DNA of 64,000 nt from Octopus vulgaris. Taxonomy: Eukaryota. The first letter of the stretch is position 1, and each line of letters opens with the position of its first letter. This document shows positions 56,038-64,000 of the stretch, one piece after another. The position numbers were made by a program, and so were the translations under genes. The notes beneath the pieces are model-generated. The model made no database searches. It was not told the origin of the DNA and worked only from the letters and a program-made list of their open reading frames with translations. Location: contig OX597819.1 of NCBI GenBank assembly GCA_951406725.2, positions 101,990,001 through 102,054,000 of the forward strand, written 5' to 3'.

Positions 56038-57225
56038 TGTATATGTTTATGTTTTCGAAAGTGTGATAGTAATGTTGTTGGTGATGCTTTGAAATATGTG
56101 ACACTGCTGTTAGTGATGCTGCTGCTGCAGCTGCTACCACTGATGCATCTGAAACATATAGCTAATGCAATTTGTTATTATGCTCAGATTACATCATCAT
56201 GATAAAGTCGAACACTATAACGAAAAAGAAATATACGACCGAGGAATACATATTTAGATTTGATGCAGAATGAATTCGAAGTGTTTTGGTCCTTCAGTGC
56301 ACACAGAGATCGAAGTGCGATGACATTGCTTATACACAGAAACATCGTAATTTCAACCTTTGTTATCAACCCTAACGTAAAAGATTTACATTCTCTGTGG
56401 CCATTTTATTTACCCTCTCTCTAACCTTTCACAATCGCTGGTGTTGGGATTCAACTGTAAATATGGCTGGATTAAACTTACACTTCCTCCATTATCCTGA
56501 CCAGCTAATGACAGAAAATAATTTCTGGTATATATCTCAGCAATAAAGTCTGACGTAGGAAATGCATTGAAGTAAACTCCGAATTTCAAAGTCCTTAAAC
56601 AGGTACTCAGTCATACACTTAAAAAGTGGAAGCATTTATTCATGAACATGTTTGGATTAGGTGGAAGGAAATAAAAGCAAACCTGATATTACCATTTCTA
56701 AATGCCATTGCAGGTAATATTATCATTTAAGAAATTGTTAATATAATTTTATACAATGTACATCTTGTGTTCAGTAAGTTATATCTTTGGCAAAATCACT
56801 TGATCGCTTGTCATAAAAGTAGTACAGTATTTTGCTACGTCACTTTTGCTCTAATTTCGAATACTACGGGAGAAAACTTAACTTAACTAAGTAAAGTAAC
56901 TTCATTTATGAAATGATCTTGGGTTATACAATGTCAGAATAGTAGGAGCAAAAGGAAAATCAATGTTTCCTCTGGTTCACTGGTGTTCAAATCCGACCAG
57001 AGTTAATTTTGCATGTCTCATTCATTCATGCTCGGTGAAATAAAGATAAGGAAAGAAAAAAGCAAAATATTAGACTTTATGGTATCAACTATTCACCCTC
57101 CCCTGCAATTTACTCGCCTTGTGACTAAGTTTGATACAATGTATGCAAAGATCTCTAGTCCATATTTGATTTAGTAATACTTAAAATGTAGTATGAGTTG
57201 GGGCTAAGGAGGAGAGTCCTATATT

Positions 57226-57410
57226 TAAGAGATGAGGAATTATATACATTATTTACATTCGACGGATATTTGTCCTCATCTTGTTTGTTGTTAACACAAC
57301 GTTTCGGCTGATATACCCTCCAGCCTTCATCAGGTGTCTTGGGGGAAATTTCGAACCTGGGTTCTCATTCCTAAGGTATTTTACGATGTTTGTTGTTTTT
57401 GTTATTACTG

Positions 57411-57455
<45 letters not shown>

Positions 57456-57557
57456 ATACTATTATTATTATTATTATTATTCAGGTCACTGCCTGGAATC
57501 GAATTCGGTATCTAAGGGTTAGAAGCCCGCGCCTTTAACCACTACGCCATATGCCCG
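57226..57557 (-). mobile_element. SINE family D, full length: tRNA head, (AAT)n(AGT)n spacer, hammerhead-bearing tail
   Basis: Head gggcatatggcgtagtggttaaaggcgcggg..gaattcgattcc (A box, mutated B box), trinucleotide spacer, unique tail containing the ribozyme, and a terminal 9-bp stem (57230-57238/57273-57281). Confidence 0.85.
57293..57338 (-). ncRNA. Minimal type I hammerhead ribozyme
   Basis: GACAC-CTGATGA-a-GGCTG(gagggtatat)CAGCC-GAAA-CG-TT-GTGTT: all core nucleotides, 5-bp stem II, 5-bp stem I (one G-U pair), and palindromic ACGT in place of stem III. Confidence 0.8.
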
Positions 57558-58128
57558 TTGATTTCTGGGTGAATAGAATTCATTTCCTTTCTCGGGTTTT
57601 AGTTACAAGGAGAAAAATCAAAATATTTCATTGACATTCCTCTACAAGCTTTTGTATGAACGTCAGTAGTGGAGGTCAACGAACGATGCAAAACATGTTT
57701 TACCTATGTAAGGTTGCAGCCATGTTGGTGCAAAGCATACAACTAGTAAACAAAAACAAAATGGAAGAAATATTCGAGAGATATAGTTTTCATTCCTGCC
57801 TTTATTTTTCACTTATTTTACAGTTTATTTTAAATGTTTGTGTGTGCGTATGTGGGGGGTATCTGGCATACATACTCACATCTATATACTTATCTTCTTA
57901 TGTATGAACAACTGTGCTTGTATACCTATGTATACACGTACACATATGCTCATACATACAGTACATATACGGACATGCATTCATACACATATCTAATATA
58001 TGTAGACATACATATGTAAGCAGTTTAAACACTTTAACTGCTATGGTAGATTTATTAGCAATTTAAGATATTATTTCAGATTTTTATAATCGAATAGCTA
58101 TATAAATACTAGAATCATTATCACCATC

Positions 58129-58173
<45 letters not shown>

Positions 58174-58565
58174 TCAGAAACTACTCCCCATGGTATCACC
58201 AAAGCCGCTAACATTCTCCCTGCTTCGTGACTAATAATGGAGATGATATCGAAACATGGAAATAAATTTTTGCGAATATTTCATCATTTGCTGCATAACT
58301 GCCACTTATGTTTAGTAAGTTTGCTATACTTACGTAGAAAGAAACATGATGTTAGATAATACAGAGATGTGAAGACGAAAGATCGCTGAAAGGAGACTAA
58401 AAAGAGAGTGGTGGAGGGAGGAGGAATGAAACGATATGTGGCTACAATGAAAGATAAAAGGACGAAGAAAAGTTTAACGTACACTATATCATACATACAT
58501 AATCTATCTATCTATCTATCTCTCTATCTATATGGTTGTCTGTCTCTCACTCTGTCTCTCTCTCT

Positions 58566-58670
<105 letters not shown>

Positions 58671-58859
58671 TATATAGTGCTGCGGTCAAACTGGCGTGAC
58701 TCAGACGTGGGATTAGCCATTCTATTTATTCCTCCTGTACTTATTCAGACCTGATAACTATTTCATAGAAGTCTGCTTCTCGAATCACTTGATCACAAAG
58801 CACAGAGTAAACAGCGCCATGATTAGTTTTGACTGATGTAATCATGTATACACACATAC

Positions 58860-58923
<64 letters not shown>

Positions 58924-58968
58924 CACACACATATATATATCTATACACACACACACACACACACACAT

Positions 58969-59009
<41 letters not shown>

Positions 59010-60191
59010 CATTAGTAAAATGGATGCAATTGGAATCGAGGCGCAGCAACATGTAGAACACGACCGATTGGCTAAGAGATTCAGACATTTCAGATGGTGA
59101 AATAATCCAACGCCGTAGATGCTAAATATAACAGAACTGGATACTAGTGTTCAGTAATTTTCAATTTCAATTATTTGCCAATGATCCGATTACATTGTGG
59201 TATGGCACAAGTATAATGAAAAACAGGAATGGGCTCTAAATTTGCAACAATTGTTTTGTTAGAAAACTTAATTTAATGTAGTCGTAATAGATTGCATCTT
59301 ACATTTCGTATATTTCCGAAATCATCAGACTGATTTAAATATAGACAACCTGTGACCGTTCCCACACGAAAATTAGGGTTTGTTACTCAGTTTTTTTGGG
59401 GGGATGGGTTTATTAGTCAGCTCGAGATAAAACAGAAGACAGGTTCTCCACATGTTGTATCGTGTGATGGGATCGAACCGGGAGAATACTGATAAAGAGA
59501 AAAGCACCAAAACTACCTAAAAATCTACCACTACTACAGGAGTAACATGAAGTGATGTCTTTAATGATACTAATGATAATATCAACATATAATGAGAAAT
59601 GTATATAAACAGAAAAGAAAACGAAGAGGAAGAAGAAGAGAAGAGCGAGGAGAGGAAGAAGCTGGAGAAGAAAGGAAGATTGAGAAGGAAACGATGAGGA
59701 GAGGACGGTAGGTAGGAAGAGGCAAAACTGATCTTGTAGCATGGTGATGACTGGTGAATTAATAACGGTAATAGCAGATAAGTAAAGAAAGCAACAAAAC
59801 CACAGCAGCAACAAGATGAACAAAAGCAAGAAAAAAAGAGGCAGAGTTTGCAGTAATGAGATTAACAATTGTAATAGCATAGACAGTGTATAGTAGAATC
59901 TATAGTAATATACATAATTTGAAGATTTTAATCTTTAACTCGCAAAGGATGATATATACACGTGCATGTTCGTATGTACGTATTTCGTGTCTGTGTGAAC
60001 ACACAAACACACACACACACACACACATATGTATGTATGTATGCATTTAAGTATGTATTGTATATATGCATGCTCGTGTGCGTATGGCAACGAAAAGTAA
60101 ACAATTTCATAAACGTGGCGTTAATACAATGAGAATATCGCCTCTGGGCAAAAGCGATCGTAGATATTTTCGGTTATTCCACTTGACGTAG

Positions 60192-60268
<77 letters not shown>

Positions 60269-60620
60269 TTGTTTTTCATCTTTATCGATTTATAAATGCA
60301 TGTATTTGTATGTTTGTATATAAGAATATTTTTATAAATATATTGGATTGTTTATATGCACGTGTATTTCTAAAGATATTTGTTTGTCTGCAAGTATATA
60401 TATACACACACACATGCATATACATATGCATGCACAACAAATACAAACCGTACTCACACACATACACACACAGAAAATTGTTTATTAAGATGTTTAAAAT
60501 ATATAAAGATGTAAAAATTATATTAAGAGAAACATTATCATTTGATTTTGACTGTAGCTTTCTTTTAAACTCGTGAACTATAATTGGTTTTCATTATATG
60601 TGCACACAGATAAATACATA

Positions 60621-60676
<56 letters not shown>

Positions 60677-62024
60677 CGTGTATGTGTGTGTGTGTGTGTG
60701 CGTGTATGTATGTATGTATGTATGTGTGTGTGTGTATACATATATATATACATGTTACATATGTGTTATGTATACATACACACATGTCATACAGATATAT
60801 ATATATATATACACACACACAAGCAATCTTCTCTTTGCCTCTCCCTGTTTCTCTCTATCTCTTTTTCCTTGATGCGCACACAGAAATAGTAACATATACA
60901 CACACCACGTTATTCTTCTTTCTTTTAATGATGATTTGCTCGCGCACGCAAACACACACACAAAGGAAGAACACTTCTCTCAAAATAAAATGTGTATGTG
61001 TGTAGGTATGTATATATACACAAATATGAGAGATGGAGTATATATAAGTGCATATGTGTATATGTAGATTGATGTATGTATATATGTATGTATATGTATG
61101 TGCGTGTGTATATATATATAGGTATATGTACATACGTTTGTGTGGGAGTGCATGTGTGACCCTGTGTTTGTATATATCCACCAATGTATGCTAAAGTTCA
61201 GCAACAGAAATTCACATGTGTAGCCAACCATGAAGAACAGGTGAGCGATACAACCACATGACATACTACTCCTGTTCAAATGCCGTCCAGTACCAAAATA
61301 GCCATCTACTACCATTCATAACAGTCTGCCAAACGCAATCTTGCAGCACACATCATGAATCTATCAGCTACTACCAAATTCAAACCACGACGGACGGAGG
61401 GGATAGCATTCAAGTCGACGATTTTCAACTAACGGAGACAACATTCACATATCTCATGAGAAAACACAATTAGATCTCATTACGCAAACAAACAATTGCC
61501 TAATGAAATACATGTATTCTTGGAGTACTACGATGCGTCGAAACGAATGTAGCAATTAAAAATTAACTGCTCAAACGTACTCCTTCTTCACTGACTCTAA
61601 TTTCTTCAATTTTATAGGCGGCTGAAGAAGGGGAATTTTCCTTGTGATGTATGTCTTGTACTCTAATTTTTCGTTGTTTAAGAAAAGTGACCATTTCCTT
61701 GGTTTAGTGTTTATGTTTTCGTTTCTCATTGTGTTTGACGGTTTTTTTTTGGTGTCCTGAACCCATATTTGCATGTATATATACATATAGATGTAGGTAC
61801 GTACATATATGTATGTATATATGCATATGTTTTATTTATTAATTTGTACACACACACATATATATATATATATATATTTAATATATAATATATATATAAT
61901 ATATAATACATATATACATATACACACAGACACACACATATATATACATTCGCAAACGTTTGTAGTTCAACTGTACAGAAAACAAAAGACAATGACAGGT
62001 GAGGGAACAAGAAGTAGGTGTAGT

Positions 62025-62100
62025 AGTCTGAGGAAAGGAAACGTCCTTGACGTTTCGTTGTTCATGCATGTATGTGTATGAACGCATGATCTTCACATGC
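62025..62100 (-). ncRNA. Possible hammerhead relic (3' half intact)
   Basis: Minus strand gTGAAGA..gttcat(acacatacatgc)atgaac-aac-GAAA-CG-TC-aaggac; the first core C and stem I are lost. Confidence 0.3.
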
Positions 62101-62582
62101 ATATGGCCTTCCTAATACACAAATGTACACTTTATCACCAGTGTGACTTGTACACATTGCACACATGCACATACAAACGCATTTATACATACTTTCGTTT
62201 CTACTGTTCACCATATTCATACGCAAGAAATGTGGACTACACAAACATGTCAAAACCCAACAACAAACACACACATTTTTCCCTTTCTCTCTCCCTACAC
62301 ACATATACATATGCATACGCATATACATATATATATACACCTATATATACATATACACACATATATATATACACGCACACACATATATATATATATATAA
62401 ATATATATACACATAAGACGATACACACATGCATATGCACATGCATGGAACTGCATGCTCATTAATATCCAGCCTAAGACATATCCATTAAGGTGTGCAC
62501 AGTAAGCACTTGTATGAATATATAAATATATATACACACACTCATACATACATACATATATGTATCTATATATATATGCATG

Positions 62583-62613
<31 letters not shown>

Positions 62614-62971
62614 GCATACATATATTAAGAGAGAGCCACTTGTAATGCAGGGAGGGTATTTGTTTACTTCAGTAAGAACTGTTGCTATGACAACAACATG
62701 CACTCAGGTTGTTAATAATGAAACAATATACTTTGCAGTCTCTCATAAGACTCACCAAAGGCACTATATCAAATCAACAACACCCAATAAACAGCCATGC
62801 TATCGCTCACATAGGAGCTGAATTCAATATATACACGTACATGCATATATACAAGACACAGGATACAACAATATATATATTCGTACCCTTACATAGACAG
62901 ATAGAAATATGTGTATTTATATATGTACGTACATGTGAATACATACATGCATACATACATACATACATACA

Positions 62972-63004
<33 letters not shown>

Positions 63005-63849
63005 GTATGTATGTATGCATATTAAATATGTATAATATATATGCATATTCATATATATAAAATATGTGTACATACACAGAAAATGCGTATACGTATATAT
63101 ATATATATATATAAAATATGTGTATACATATATCTTTATATGCGTGTATTTACATACGCGTGTGTGTATATGTGTGTGTATATGTGTGTGTGTATGTGTG
63201 TTTGTGTGTATACGCGTGTAACAATGTTGGAATCTGATGGTATAATCCGTTGCTATTCCCAATTTCTTGAGCGTGTGATCAGACGCCAACAAAATGAAAA
63301 ACGAATGATTCGGATTAGCGCCTGAGCGAATACTTAGCTTACATATAAACATATGCACACATGCGCGCGCAAACACACACAGCTACACGCAAACATGCAT
63401 ATACACTCATTCAGATATAAGCAAAAAAGATGCAAAGTAAACCCGAAGATACGCTGCAATTTTTATGTGAGACTTCGAAGTGATCAGCCTTTTCATTTGT
63501 CAGATTTGCTAGTCGGATTTCATTTCAGGGTGTATGCATGCACATGCATCGCGAAATGCTTAGATTATTTCACTCAAGAATAGAAAGCTCTTGCTTTGAC
63601 TGTTTTTACCGTTTATTGATATCTTTCATCAGAGGAATTTTAGATTTTACGAATGATTGTTGATGAACATGAAACCATTGAAGTCCAACGAGTTCTAATT
63701 TATATACTACCAAATAGAACCAGAGACGTTAGAAGAGGAGAGAGAGAGAGAGAGGGAGGGGGAGAGAGATGAATTTGAAAATAAAAGAGACTGAATCACA
63801 AAGATATACAAAGAAACATGTAGAACAAAATTGTCCATGTAAATCTCAC

Positions 63850-63966
63850 CTGTGTGTGACCTGACGTGAACTTGAAGCGAGATCTCATTACTGAAGACTT
63901 TCTGGCAGAATTTACATTTATGTTTAAAGCCCTGCGTCGAACCAAATGATGGATGACCAACCAATC
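63850..63966 (-). CDS. sall: Upstream sall exon encoding the first finger of zinc-finger cluster 1
   Basis: Acceptor gttcttattttcag|GA and donor CAC ACA G|gtgaga, both phase 1. Encodes [39 protein letters not shown](G). Splicing to 53677 rebuilds the canonical HTGERPY linker in frame. Confidence 0.93.
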
Positions 63967-64000
63967 CTGAAAATAAGAACAAAAACGATAGTTTTAAATA

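Noticed and set aside
57485-57557. Possible tRNA gene (also 12280-12352)
   Set aside because: No proper acceptor stem, the anticodon differs between copies (TCT versus ACT), and one copy runs into a SINE body; treated as SINE heads.
59295-59335. Minus-strand CTGATGA...CGAAATGTA hammerhead-like string
   Set aside because: Neither stem I nor stem II can pair properly.
63590-63640. Minus-strand CTCTGATGAAAG...AAAAACAGTC
   Set aside because: GAAA box mutated and no stem II; too degenerate to call.

Overview
Eukaryotic, very AT- and microsatellite-rich animal DNA; the repeat content (tRNA-derived SINEs, Penelope and Tc1/mariner relics, dense (TA)n/(CA)n/(ATT)n) suggests an octopus-type cephalopod genome, which is an inference. 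The only supportable host gene is a spalt/Sal-like (SALL) C2H2 zinc-finger gene on the minus strand. It has a 117-nt exon at 63850-63966, a ~10.2-kb phase-1 intron and a 4.4-kb terminal coding exon at 49233-53677; its 5' end lies beyond the window. The 49 kb downstream has no recognisable host gene and is filled with at least four SINE families plus decayed Tx1/L1, CR1, R4/Dong, Penelope and Tc1/mariner fragments. Most notable: (1) a tRNA-headed SINE with an apparently intact minimal hammerhead ribozyme in its tail, sense-oriented in the sall intron, plus four more hammerhead relics; (2) the first Sall finger pair has lost its SAL box and carries a CKSAL helix instead; (3) a 115-bp cassette flanked by (TAC)n occurs twice in inverted orientation ~10 kb apart; (4) a fold-back DD41D transposon built from two 3' ends; (5) a 59-bp inverted copy of a nearby dead LINE that shares its stop codon. 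Almost all ORFs in the supplied track are microsatellite artefacts.
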